DNA of 63,080 nt, filler included, from Cercozoa sp. M6MM (taxonomy: Eukaryota; Protista; Endomyxa: Ascetosporea): the NCBI GenBank assembly GCA_040357565.1. It is 10 parts of 10 records of this genome, joined end to end, with 100 filler letters (N's around TTAATTAATTAA, not from the genome) between each part and the next. Parts side by side here need not be neighbours in the genome. Positions count along the whole stretch, not along the records: positions 1 to 18,487 come from JBDODJ010000234.1; 9 more parts are not named here. One strand, written 5' to 3'. Both the position numbers and the translations under genes were made by a program. Each line of letters opens with the position of its first letter. The stretch's first letter is position 1. Below, one piece after another: positions 1-12,202 of this stretch. Below the pieces are notes generated by a model. That model was not told where the DNA came from. It ran no database searches and saw only the letters and a program-made list of their open reading frames with translations.

Positions 1-190
1 GGTATGGGGTATGGGGTATGAAAGGTATGGGGTATGGGGTATGAAAGGTATGGGGTATGGGGTATGAAAGGTATGGGGTATGGGGGTATGGGGGCATGGG
101 GTATGAGGTATGGGGTATGAAAGGTATGGGGTATGAAAGGTATGGGGTATGAAAGGTATGGGGTATGAAAGGTATGGGGTATGGATATGG
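1..190. repeat. Degenerate GGTATG(G/GG/AAA) satellite inside a dynein intron
   Basis: Tandem ggtatggggtatgaaa units. They lie beyond a minus-strand splice donor (gag|gtacacc at ~217), so they are intronic. Confidence 0.9.
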
Positions 191-217
191 GGAAGTAGCA
201 GGTGAGGTGGGGTGTAC

Positions 218-3200
218 CTCGGCCACGGCGTCGTTGAGCGCCTGCACAAAGAGTTGCTTGTTGCTGAAGTCGCCTTCGTCGACGACATCGACGACCTCGC
301 GCTGCAGGAGTCGCAGCAGCTGCGCCGCATCCAGCGACTTGACGCGCGCCGCCAGCGACTGCCGGGCCTGCCGCTGCGCGAACCAGTCCTCGTCGCCCGA
401 CATGCCGCTCCCGTCGGCCACCGACGAGCTGCCTGCATGTACGGGATATGTATATATATATATAATCATACATATACATATACATATATATATATATATA
501 TACATGCAAATATATATATATATATATACATGCAAATATATCCATGCATATACTGCAAACATATATTAATATACATGTGTACATAGGTAGGGTACCACTC
601 ATGGAGGCGTCATCGTCGGTGTCAGCAGCATCGCCGACGGCGGCGGCCGTGTGCGGCAGCTCGCAGTCCTCGAGTGCCTGCAGACACTGCTGCACCAGCG
701 CGTCCAGGCGCAGCACCTGGCCCACGCGGTCGTCCAGGGCGGCCACGGCGCCGCACAGGTCGGCGGCGTAGCGAGCCGTGCGCGCGTTGAACGAGTGCGA
801 CGACGTGAGCCAGCAGAAAGCCTTGGCCTGCAGCAGGCGGTGCTGCACGCGGCGCTTGTGCTGCTGCAGCAGGCCGCGTACGCGCACTGACTCTGCACAA
901 CACAAGTGCGTACACAGTTTCCTTGCGGTGAGGTTGGCGAGTGGGGGTGTACCAGGACGGGCGAGCACGTCGCACAGACGGCGGTAGGTGCACACGGCAT
1001 CGTCGAGTCGCACGGCCACGGGCTGCATCTGCTGATACAGCAGCGCCGCACTGCGCAGCTCCCACGAGGAACGCACGCCGTGCTGCATGAGCAGGCGGCA
1101 CTCCTTGAACAGCTCGACGAGTCGTCGGTCGAGATTGACGGCCAGCTGCATGCCTGCGCCGGGGTCGCCGTCGCCGGTGGCAACGGCAGCAGCCTCGCCG
1201 TCGGCAGCACGCACCACGCAGAGCACGGGCCCGCCGACGCGGTCGCTGGCGTGCTCCAGCAGCAGCTTGGCCTGCTGCTGCCACTGCTCCACCAGCGCAC
1301 GCGTGTCCAGCTTGCGCAGCAGCACGTCCATGGCCTGCCGCAGCTGCTTCCCGCGCGGCGCCTCGATCTCGCTCCAGCGCCGTCCGAGCACTCCGCGCAG
1401 TTGTCTCGCCAGGTGCTCCACGCGGCGGCGCAGCTGCTGGCACCACAGCACGTGCGCTGCCACCGGCGGCACGTCCTTGCTGACGCACCAGGTGTGCGCC
1501 TGACTGCCCAGGAAGCGCCGCCGGTGCCGCAGCTGCAGGCGGCGCAACTCGTGCTGGGCCACCTGCAGCAGCTTGCCGTGGTAGGACACAAAGGCCTGTC
1601 CGATGCGCGGTCGCGCCAGCAGTTCGTAGTACTTTTGGAACACGCGGAACATGTACCACTCGCCTGCCTCGCCTTCTGCACACATACACAACAGTATATC
1701 GACATACAATGTACATAATCCATTATACAGACAGGCATACAGATATATCCCCCAGTCCAGAGTGCCTACCGGTGACGGCGAGGAGCTCGTCGCGAATGCG
1801 CTGCTCGAGTTCGAGTTCGATGTCTTCGACGCACTTGTCGTAGCGTCGGCACGCACGCTTCCACGGGTCGTCCTCCGGCGAGGCAGCAGCGGCGGCACCC
1901 TCGGCGACATGCACGCGCAGAGGGTCGGCCAGCGACAGGAAGTTGTCGCCAAAGGCCTGCTCGACAGCGGCCGTCCAGCGGCGTCCGGTGACGGCGTCGG
2001 CCGACTCACCCGATAGGCCAAAGGTGCGCCGAATGTGGCGCAGTAGGTGTACATGCGCCTGTCGCACCTTGAGCACCTCCTGCAGTCGCGTCAGCACGGC
2101 CTTGACCTCGTCGAACTCGAGTCGGTCGAACATCAGCTCGCCTGTGGCCGTGGACGTCCTGTGCTCATACACGCACGGAGGTCAGCGGCAGGTTAAGAGG
2201 GTAGAAGGGTGGGGGTAGGAGGGTAGAAGGGCGGGGTAGAAGGGTAGGGGTAGAAGGGTGGGGGGTAGAAGGGTGGGAGGGTAGAAGGGTGGGAGGCGAG
2301 GAGGATAGAAGGGTGGGAGGGTAGGAGGATAGAAGGGTGGGAGGATAGGAGGGTAGGAGGATAGGAGGGTAGGAGGATGGGAGGCCATACGAGGCAGTGG
2401 AGGCCGAAGTAGAGGCCGTGCTGCGCTGCTGCTGCGCGGCCACGGCGCCGTAGTCGGTGAGAAACGCCATGATCGACCGCATCTTGGCGTGCGTCAGCTC
2501 ACAGGCCGACTTGAGCACACGGAAGTGGTCCATGTCGACACGCAGCACCTGCTGCTCCGAAAGCAGGTGGCACATGCGCGCCGCCACGTCGCGCGACAGG
2601 CAGCGCAGCAGGCCCAGCAGCTGCTGCGGCGGGTACGCGATGCGCCCGTGCGGCATGGCCTTGCTGCGCACGTGTTGTACGGCCGCGTCGGCTGCGCGTG
2701 CCAGTGCCGGCAGGTCGCTCGCGTGCTGCAGCTCGTGCACCGGGAACTCGCTCATCATTGACAGGTTCGTCTCGATACGCTTGTGCACTTCGCCTGCGTA
2801 GAAGAGGAACATACAGGTAGAGGTGACATGGGGTGACACACTGGACTGACACGCGAGGCTGACACACGCGGCTCGTGTGCAGGAGAGTACAGACTCGACT
2901 GGTACCGAGCAGTACATCACCGCGGAAGTTGGTGGTCACGACGAAACGCTTGTGCCGCCGCAGCAGCTCAAAGGCGAGCGTCACGTCGCTGCGCTGCAGC
3001 TGCGACTCCACCTGCTGCACCGCGCGCTGCATGGCGTGCCAGAAGTTCACCTCCTGGGCCAGGCTGCCGCGCGTGATACTGCACACGCACACATACTCAA
3101 CTATTATTACATATACACTGATATATCATACATGATAGATACATACCTATATATATATATATATATATAGGTATATATGTGCGCACAGATACATTTGTGT

Positions 3201-3923
3201 ATATGTAGGAAACACGATACTATATATGCGCGTGGGAAAGGTACCTGCGCTTAAGCGTGGTGACGGAGCGAATCAGGCGGCGCCACTCGACCAGGTCCTT
3301 CTGCACAGCGTTGGCAAAGGCGACGTCGTCGGCCAGTGCACCGAGCTGCTCGAGTGACTCGACGTTGCGCAGTGCGCTGTGCACCTGCAGCGACACGCTC
3401 GGCACCTGGATGTCGCCGGCACACCGCAGCAGCTCCGTCTCGATCTCAAAGAACTTGCCGGCGATGGCACGCAGTGCCACCTGCTCACACACGAGGCATA
3501 CAGAGAGACGAGGCTGACAAGAACAAGAGGAGGGATCAGGGCCGAGGCACCTTGGTGTCGGCGGACTTGTCGTGCTCCTTGCGCGAGTCGTCGCTGCCGG
3601 CACGCACGACCATGTCGCGACTCAGCGGCAGGAACGAGTGTCGCACAAAGGCCAGCATCGAGTGCAACGGCGCACCGGCGTGCAGTTGCATCACGTGCAG
3701 CTGCCGAGCCAGCGACTTCTTGCCCTACCCGACACGCAAGCACACATGGGTGGGCACGCCCACAAGGCATATGTGCCTCAGGTCCGAACAGTGAGCCCAG
3801 GCGCACCTTGAGTCGCAGCGGTTTGTCCGAGTTCTTCACGAAGGCGACGGCGTTGCGAGCGTCCGTGGCGCGCGCGAGTCGTTTGCTGTCGCAGCTGAGT
3901 TCAAAGACATCGCTGCCTTCCTG

Positions 3924-3956
<33 letters not shown>

Positions 3957-4366
3957 GTCGCTGTCACGATCGGCACTCTGCTCGGCCGGCACGACATCAG
4001 TCTCAGCCTCCGAGGCACCAATGCTCTGCTCGCTGAGGCTGCCGCTTCTCTGGGGCTCTGCTTCGACACGGTGCAACAGCAACAACACTGGCGCACTCAA
4101 GTCCTCGCAGAACGTTCGAAGCACAGTTTGGTTGCTCTGTGCACAGACGCCAAGTGATGCAGAGATGTGTGACCACAGTCAAAGCAAAGTGGACGCACCT
4201 CCAGGCGCAGCTGCTCGTCCAACTCCTGCGAGTCGGCACCGAGAAGCGGCGCGCCTGCTCGCACCACAAACCTGCGCAGAGAAAAACTCGTCTAACGCTG
4301 CTCGAGGCCTGCTTTGACAGAAAACAACAACAAAAGCAGCAGCTACTGATGAAGAACGTCTGTCAT
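218..4366 (-). CDS. DYNC1H1: Cytoplasmic dynein 1 heavy chain, N-terminal tail region (multi-exon, 3' partial)
   Basis: Spliced start MTDVLHQFVVRAGAPLLGADSQELDEQLRLE...VLRTFCEDLSAPVLLLLHRVE. Exons KFFEIETELLRCAGDIQVPSVSLQVH..DDVAFANAVQKDLVEWRRLIRSVTTLKR and GSLAQEVNFWHAMQRAVQQVESQLQRSDVTLAFELLRRHKRFVVTTNF match the remembered dynein-1 DHC_N1 region (TALQEISFWLNLERAL...LDILKHGKRFHATVSF). Confidence 0.88.
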
Positions 4367-4720
4367 AAATTTCTAGCAGTCCATTCAATTTCTTTCTGCT
4401 CTAATCGTTCCACAAATGCAGTGACACGTGCAGGTTGCTACTGCACTTTCTGTACGCTGCTGTCTACAGACAAAACTCGGTGTGAGCCGGTGCTGCGTTC
4501 AGTTTTATGTCCAAAAGTGCGACCTTTGAGCCGCAAGAACGATGCTTTTTTGTAGCCAAAGTGGTGCTGGAGGTTTTTCATCATTTACGAGTCCCATTCG
4601 CGGCCACTGGATTCACGCTTCTCGCTACAACGTTTTGACAATCGTTGGGGGACTGTGGAAGTATCTGTGAGTGAGTTTGCAAGTCCGGAGGACACAACAT
4701 CCAGCTCGACGCATTTCCAA

Positions 4721-5400
4721 ATGGTGAGTTTTTGTGTCTTTTGTTGGGCTCTTTTTGTGTTGCGCCGGGTGCTTTCCCGGATCTATCTTGTGTTTGTGCC
4801 TCAGTTGCTGCGACGAGTTGCACGAACAGTCGCTCATAGACGCGCATACCATGGTGCAGCTAGCTCCGCATTTTCGAGTCATCATTTGGATGCGTGGGTG
4901 TGCTGTGCTCAGAGCGCGTGATCGATCACTACGCGAATCCGCGCAACGCGGGTTCCTTCAAGAAGGAGGAGGAGGGCGATTCTGTCATCGGAACCGCTAT
5001 TGTTGGCGCTCCGGCGTGCGGCGACGTGATGAAGCTGCAGATCAAGATGTCGGCCGACGGCAAAACCATCGTGGATTCGCGTTTTAAGACCTATGGCTGT
5101 GGCTCTGCCATTGCATCGTCGTCGCTTGCCACTGAGGTACTCTAGCGGACGTTTTAGGTGCTGTTTCAATGTATTGTTGTTGTTATTGTTGCACAGATGG
5201 TGAAGAACAAGACGCTCGAGGACGCCGAGGGCATCAAGAACACCGATCTGGCCAAGCACCTCGACCTGCCGCTCGTGAAGCTGCACTGCTCGATGCTGGC
5301 CGAGAGTGCCATCCAGAAGGCCGTCGGTGACGTGCGCGAGAAGTTGCGACAAAAGACCGAGACCAAGGAGGCCAAGAAGGAAGAAGCCAAGCCCGAGTAG
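4721..5400 (+). CDS. ISCU: Mitochondrial Fe-S cluster scaffold protein IscU/Isu1 (4 exons)
   Basis: ATG|intron|LLRRVARTVAHRRAYH-ERVIDHYANPRNAGSF...VGAPACGDVMKLQIK...FKTYGCGSAIASSSLATE|MVKNKTLEDAEGIKNTDLAKHLDLPLVKLHCSMLAE. All three conserved Cys are present, plus an Arg-rich presequence. Confidence 0.97.
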
Positions 5401-5731
5401 GTTGTCGGGCTCGCCGGGCTCGCCCGTCTGATGGCGTGGAAAAATGAACTTTTTTGGAAATACTGAACTGTCATGCATCAACCGAACTGCCATGCATCCA
5501 ACTGAACTGCCATGCATCCAACTGAACTGGCGACACTGCAGAGACCAGAGTCCAGAGTCTCAAGTGTTACCGCGCCCTCTGAGTGCAAATGTGGACTTAG
5601 TCTCAGCCAGCCTATGTATATTCAAGAAAGCTCGGATCTGACTTAAGTGAGGACGACGGGTTAGACCACGTCAGGTGTTCTCTCCGCTCTCATTCAGCAT
5701 CCAGCACTGGAGTTGTAGTGCCGGCCGCCAC

Positions 5732-8700
5732 TCAGAGCGACTTGGGCAAGGCGGCCGCGATGGCGTCAACGAGCGACTTGAGCTGCTTCTTAGTGCCGCC
5801 GACGGCCGTCTTGAACTGCTGCAGCAGGTAGCGACGGCCCTTGCCGGCCAGCACGGTCCACTGCATCTGTGAGCGAGCAAAACAAAAGATGCACCCTGAA
5901 CAAAAAAGCTCAAGTCGAAAGGGAGAGTACCTTCTCGGCAGCGCAGTACTTCTGGAGCGCCGCCAGGGCGAGCAAAGTGCCGATCAGACCACTGGCGGCA
6001 TCGCTCACCGAGAGCTGCGACTGCACGGTCGCAACGTGCGCCTGCAGTGCCGCACTCAGCGAGTCGAGTGTCCAGCTACACGCACATACACCTTTGATAG
6101 CGCATACAACAGACAACAGGCAGGGGGTACCTGCCATCCATCTGCTGGGCAGACACCAAGGCGTTGAGAGTGGTGTTCTTGCTAAACTCGACCTGCTTGC
6201 CGCCGGTGGCACCAGGGCCGCGGGGTGCCGAAAAGCTGGCCGACGACTTGCTGCGCAAGGCCATGGGAGCCGCCATCCGGCGCGACGGCATCGGAGCAGC
6301 CGCCGACGCGAAGGCCACGGGGCCGTTGCCACCGCCGCCGATGCCTTGGACAGCAGGCGCAGCCTGAGGCATGCCACCGAAGGCAATGCCGCCCGGAGGA
6401 GGAGGAGGACTCGCCATGGCACACGGCGCCGCCATCGACTTCATCAGCATTGGCGGTGCGCCACCCTTGTCCATCTTGCGACGTCTCTGAGCACAGAAAC
6501 CACCGACACCGTACACACGTGCACACACACGTTAATAGGGAAAACGAAAGCGTACACGAGGAGCAGCACGGCTCATCATTTTGCGCGGATGGCTGCGACG
6601 TTCCTTCTCACGGCGCGTTTGTTCCTGCCACAAGGATACGACATGCAGACAGACCAAAAGTGGATGGCACGGTAGACAAAGGCACCATCTCCTGTCGCAC
6701 TTGCTCGGCCATGTGAATGTCGTCGATCTCCTCGCCATTGTCCTCGTCGACAGCGACAAAGCTACCAAGTGCACACTCACAAATACACAAACTCAGTCTC
6801 AAGTTGCCTAGAAAACGTACGAGGTCTGCGACGACACCAGCTGGTACTTGACACCCAGTCCCGCAATTTCGCCGACCGTGTCCGTATCAGTGTTGCCCGT
6901 ATCCTAATATACACATTTTACTCATTCGATGTATCCATCATATGTGTAAGAATTATCTCTGGTCGGATGCACCTCGAGTTCCTTGATGCGACGACGCGCC
7001 AGCAGACGGTGAATCGTGTTGCCCACCGCCATGTGCTTTGAAGGAAGAAACGTAATGCAAAGTCACTCTACCTCGAGTAGATACCACAGGGAAACTCACC
7101 TTGTGGGAGCCACCAATCGGCATCTCGCAGCGCACTGGCGTCGACAGTGAGCCTTCCACTTCCTCGTTCGGAATGGCGAGAGCTCCGGTCAGCACGCACT
7201 TGCTCTGTACCAACGTCACATCGTTCCAATAATCACCTCTCGTAGATATGAACAAGACAAATGGCACTGTAGACTCTTCGCTCGTGAGTTGCTGCCACTC
7301 CTCGGCAGAGACGCCTTCGCGCAGAGCGTACAAACACTGAACAACGGCATGCACGAGCATGAGAGAGCAGGGGACACAGGTCTGTGTACGTAGCTACCTG
7401 GGTAGACTGCTCGGTGCCCGGGAACAACGTGGAGGGAACAGTGGCCGGCACACGCATCGTCGGCTTCAGCTTGTCCGGATACTGCAGAAAGACATATGCG
7501 TGTTGGCAAACACACATACAACTAGCACACCTCAAGCGACAGGTGTGTGAGCGCCGGTTGCAGTGCCGTCACGAGCATGGTCATGACACTATCGCCGGCC
7601 TCGGAAGGACTGGCGATAAAGGCAGCCGTGCCTACTCACCGTGATTAACACTAAAATGTTGCAGTATCAAGAAACGACCAGGTCAGGTACCTCGTCCAGC
7701 ACCAGCCAGACCGCGCACCAACACACGGTCGGCACCGCCTCCCAGACCGAACGCGAACAGGCGCTGATTGGTGTTGTTCTCGGCGACGGCCTTGATGCAG
7801 CGGTCGCGGTTCGACACTTGACCGTCCGTCAGCAGGAAGATCTGCACACACACACATGTACACACAGGCATCATGTCACCAAGACATAGCGCAAACAGGG
7901 CATACCTGACGAGGGTACTCGGGCTTGACACGCTGCTTGAAAACGTGGTTCAGTGGCTGCAGAATGTCCGTTCCGCCTCGAGCGTGCAGCCACGCCACGA
8001 AACCTTCGGCCGTCTTGAGGTTCTCTGGAGTCAGCGACTGACTCACCGAGAAGCACGACTCGATGCGCGTGTCGAACGCGATAATATTGAACATGGCGTT
8101 TCTGCAACAACCCGGCAGTGGAGACAAAAGTCCTCAAACGAGAGAAACATGGTACTCGGGGAGCGAGCGCAGGAAGATCTGCAACGTCAGTTTCACTGCC
8201 TCGATCGGCTGGCCCATCATCGATCCAGAGATGTCAACCAGGAAGATCAGTTCGCACGGCAACTCCAGTGCGTCCTCCAGGTCGAGCTTGCGTCTGTAAG
8301 CAGTGTGTTTTAAAGAATCATACGTGCAGCTTTAGGTTCAGGAGAAAACACAACGCACGCAGAGAGGGAGACTCGCGAGGCAACCGACTGGTGTTCTGGC
8401 GAGTACTCGACGACGCCTTGCGACATGCTCTCCTCGAAAAGGATGCGCAGCGACAGCACGCGGTTACCAGCTGCACCATTTCAAATTAAACGGAGACAGG
8501 GTTTTTCTCGTCAACATAATGAAAAACACACGCTCAAAGCCGCCGAATTGCGCGTCCGTGCACGTGATCTTGGGACCGCCTTCGGCCTCGCGGTCAATTG
8601 TGATCTTGTCCTGGAAGGCACCGTCTGTCCACACAGTACAATTACTGCATATACTTGTGTATATGTGTGCAACACTACTAGACAGTAAAGGTGTATGTAC

Positions 8701-9803
8701 CGGCTACGATATCAAGCACCGTGGACGAAGTCTGCGCGAGCAGTTCAAAGTCGAACAACATCGACGTGCCAGCAGTCTGGCGACCAAGCTCTGCGGGATA
8801 AAGTGCACATTTAAAGCGACGAAAAGACAAGACAGGCGGCTCACCGTTGAACGGCATGGAGCCGACATGGCCTGTAGTGGGAGCATCCTTAGTGCCCAGA
8901 ATACGGCGCAACGGAGCGACCGCAGTCGGCAGTTCAAAGCTGCACAACACAGCAAGCGTGTCGTTTCCCCAAAAGGCACACGCGGGCAGCGTACACAACA
9001 TCGTCGCCCGAAAAGCGCAGTTCGGCGACGTAGGTGAGCGAGATCTCGATCATCGAGTTCGAGCCACTCGGCGGCGCGCCCAATTCAATCTGCGCTTGAG
9101 AATTGATGGCAGAACACGGAGGCACAGGAGTTGTTCTGTACCACAAAGGTGTCCGGGTTGGAAGGATCGCGCTCGAGCAACGCCGTGCGCTTTCCCTCCT
9201 TCAGAGCGGCCTCAAAGGTCGCACGGGCTTGCTTCTTCTCTTGCACCTCGCCACGGATTCTGCGGCCACCAATGTCGGCCTCGAACTCACAGACAGCGGC
9301 GTTCTCGTCCAGTCTGCAGCGAGCCCAATGATGCGCGCAAAGCTATTGCAAAGAGGAAGCAGCATACGGGATGGCATAGCTCAGACGCGGCAAAGGAACG
9401 TCTTCCTGGCCCGCGAACGGAGCCATTCGTTCGTCTGTACATGCGCACATCGTGCTCGAAACTGATATAGCACAGGCAACTACGAAGGCATGGTAACGTA
9501 CTGATGATGTGGTGTGTTTGCTCATCGTAGTTGAACGTGAGACTGAGCTTGACTTCGCAAGCGAAGTTATCCACTATGCAAGAACAGACACCAAAATCAA
9601 AGTCAGCGGTGCTCACCTCGTGTGACTTGTAGTGTGCTTACCCAGACGAGACCGCACCTGCGCCTTTACTTGTGGCAGATACACCGGACCCTGAAGGACA
9701 AAACACTGCAACGTCACTGAATGCGAGCGAGCAAGGAAGTTACCGGCTTGACGCTCGAGTCCACCGGTTGAGGGGTCAACAGGTAGCAACCACAGTGGAC
9801 CAT
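5732..9803 (-). CDS. VIT + von Willebrand A domain protein (VWA5A/BCSC-1-like), multi-exon
   Basis: VIT segment LDENAAVCEFEADIGGRRIRGEVQEKKQARATFEAALKEG. vWA MIDAS motifs LIFLVDISGSM, FNIIAFD, GGTDILQPL, IFLLTDGQV, RLFAFGLG. C-terminal LNALVSAQQMDG and QWTVLAGKGRRYL. Confidence 0.88.
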
Positions 9804-10670
9804 TTTTGAAAACAATGGAAGCATGGAGCGCGCTGAAAACCCAACAGAACGTCAGAGCAAAAACTGCACGCTGCAGAGGGAGTGTACCTTAAGGCTTGCT
9901 TTAAACAGTGTTAGTACAGTAGATTGACAAAAAAGCCTCTTCTTGCAAGTGCTGGGATTAGATTATTTTAACTGATTTTTCTTCAGCCACGATTTTTCTT
10001 CAGCCACGAGACAAACATTTCTTGGAAATTGCGCGTGCCTCGGTTACACAGCCACTTACTGTAGATATTAATCATTGAGTTCCTCCACGACAGTGAGCGA
10101 CCAGTCAAAAATATCTTCATTTATCCAAAAACGCGCGGATGTCAGGACGAAACCTGAAACGGGTTCCGAGCTTCCAGCTTCCTAAACTATCCACGGAGAG
10201 CGACTGTCTTGAGTTAGGGTGAAATCGCTCCTTTTTCTCCAGCCTCTGCAGTCGTGGAGGTTTCGCTATCTTTTTCGGGGTCTTCGGATTTTTACCGATG
10301 AATGTTCGGAACGTAAGTTGTATCATCTTTATCCCATCCCGTCCGCTCTCACTGGAAGACGCAAATGGAGCTCTGGAGGCATTGGTTCGATTTTCCTCCT
10401 AGCGTTCCTTGGTGTTGGCGGAGTGTTCCTTTCTTGCGATGAGTGTGCGTATTTCGTGTAAACTTGCCGTGCGTTAAGAAGCGTGTGTCTGAGTTGTTAT
10501 TGTCACCTACCTTTTCAAAAACCCCTTCAACCTGATAACAAATCTTCTCACTACTGTTTTTCGTCTCTTTCGCCCACGCACACAACATAATTTGCCGTAT
10601 CATTAAAAAGGAGGGGAGATCTTAAATGGACCGGGATATAGCGTGTAGTGAGTGTTTGCTGTGTGAACTC

Positions 10671-10855
10671 TTCCCTCTTCCCTCTTCCCTCTTCCCTCTT
10701 CCCTCTTCCCTATCTTCCCTCTCTTCCCTCTCTTCCCTCTCTTCCCTCTCTTCCCTTTTCGTTTTCGCCTCTTCCCTTCTTACGTTTCCTCCTGCTCCTC
10801 GTCACTCCAACATTTCCTTGTTTCCTTGACCCACCTCCCAAGCTCATGTGCGTGC

Positions 10856-10914
<59 letters not shown>
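10671..10914. repeat. (CTTCCCT)n polypyrimidine tract followed by (GC)n/(TG)n microsatellite
   Basis: Directly visible tandem repeats. Confidence 0.9.
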
Positions 10915-10916
<2 letters not shown>

Positions 10917-11418
10917 CATAAATACTGAAATAAACACACACCTCTGTCTCATCACTGAATCTGTCGGAATCGCAACAGATTTACATTTTACCAGGATAAA
11001 GCGTGCATGAAGTACTATGCTGGTGTCTCCTTACATACTTTTTCCCTCTCTCCTCGGCACTTAAAGTTGCGCCTCTTACTTCCTCCCTTTCTCTCCTTCA
11101 AAAATAAAGTTGTTCGTTTTCCGTAAACTGGACAGGAGGCGTTGACTTGTTATCTATTGCATGCGCGCATCCATTTGTTTTTCATTTTCAATACATATAT
11201 AAACTAGATTCGCATGCACATTATTTCCTCTTCCATTGCCTACCTTTTTTCTTCTGTTCCTTTCAAACAGCATGCGTTTTCCATTTCTGAAGCATCCTCC
11301 TGCCTTCCTGTCCTCAATCTAACTCATTAGTAATTCTTCTCGTGCTGTGGGTTGTTGTGTGTAGTTGTGGGTGTAGTTGGTGCAGTTGTGTGTATGTGCG
11401 TGTAGTTGTGGGTGTAGT

Positions 11419-11487
<69 letters not shown>

Positions 11488-12202
11488 NNNNNNNNNNNNN
11501 NNNNNNNNNNNNNNNNNNNNNNNNNNNNNNNNNNNNNNNNNNNNNNNNNNNNNNNNNNNNNNNNNNNNNNNNNNNNNNNNNNNNNNNGTGTGTGTGTGTG
11601 TGTGTGTGTGTTCGAGCGCGTGTGCTGGGTGTACGTTCAAGCGTGTGCGTGTTGTGGACGGATACTGCGTGCGTGTAAATCTATGTGTCATTCGTCTGTG
11701 TTTGCATGCGCGCGTTGTATAGGAGTGGGTGCTTTCTTCTTTTTTCGGTGTCCTTTGACACCTCCAGTTGACGTCGTGCTTACACTTAAATAATAGTTTC
11801 ATGGTGAAGACTAAGCAAGCTTGGTCGCACTCCTGCGCTCTCAGTTCAGTTGCTGAACAGAACTCGTTTCATGAAGCGGTGGGTATGCTCTCGCTCTCTC
11901 AGCCTCTCGGTGCAGTCTAACACAAACTAAATCAAGGTCCGACGACGAGTCGGCTGATCGTGCCGCGGTCACGCCAGGCTGTCCATGGCACACGGCAAAA
12001 CAAAAACAAACACACGGTCGACAAGCAGAAGACGAGCGCAGCGCAGCGCGTATCACAAACACCACAGGCTACGGATTCGCTTGGTGTGACAGTTTATCCA
12101 GTTGCTGAGCAACGGCGGGCTTTCAGTTTTTTAATGAACAGTTCAGTTCGGTTACCTTTTCAGTTTTTTCTGTTTTTTGTTCTTTGAGACAGGAGCGAGC
12201 AA

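Noticed and set aside
1-190. G-rich repeat at the window start as a telomere
   Set aside because: Irregular unit, located inside a dynein intron; the gene must continue beyond it.
599-4317. Long overlapping ORFs in the six-frame track (e.g. 599-1738, 622-1716, 906-1718, 3379-4317)
   Set aside because: Shadow and antisense frames of GC-rich dynein exons.
10117-10470. Hairpins and short ORFs as an ncRNA (ribozyme/telomerase RNA) or small membrane-protein gene
   Set aside because: No complete conserved core, and I could not build a consistent spliced frame.
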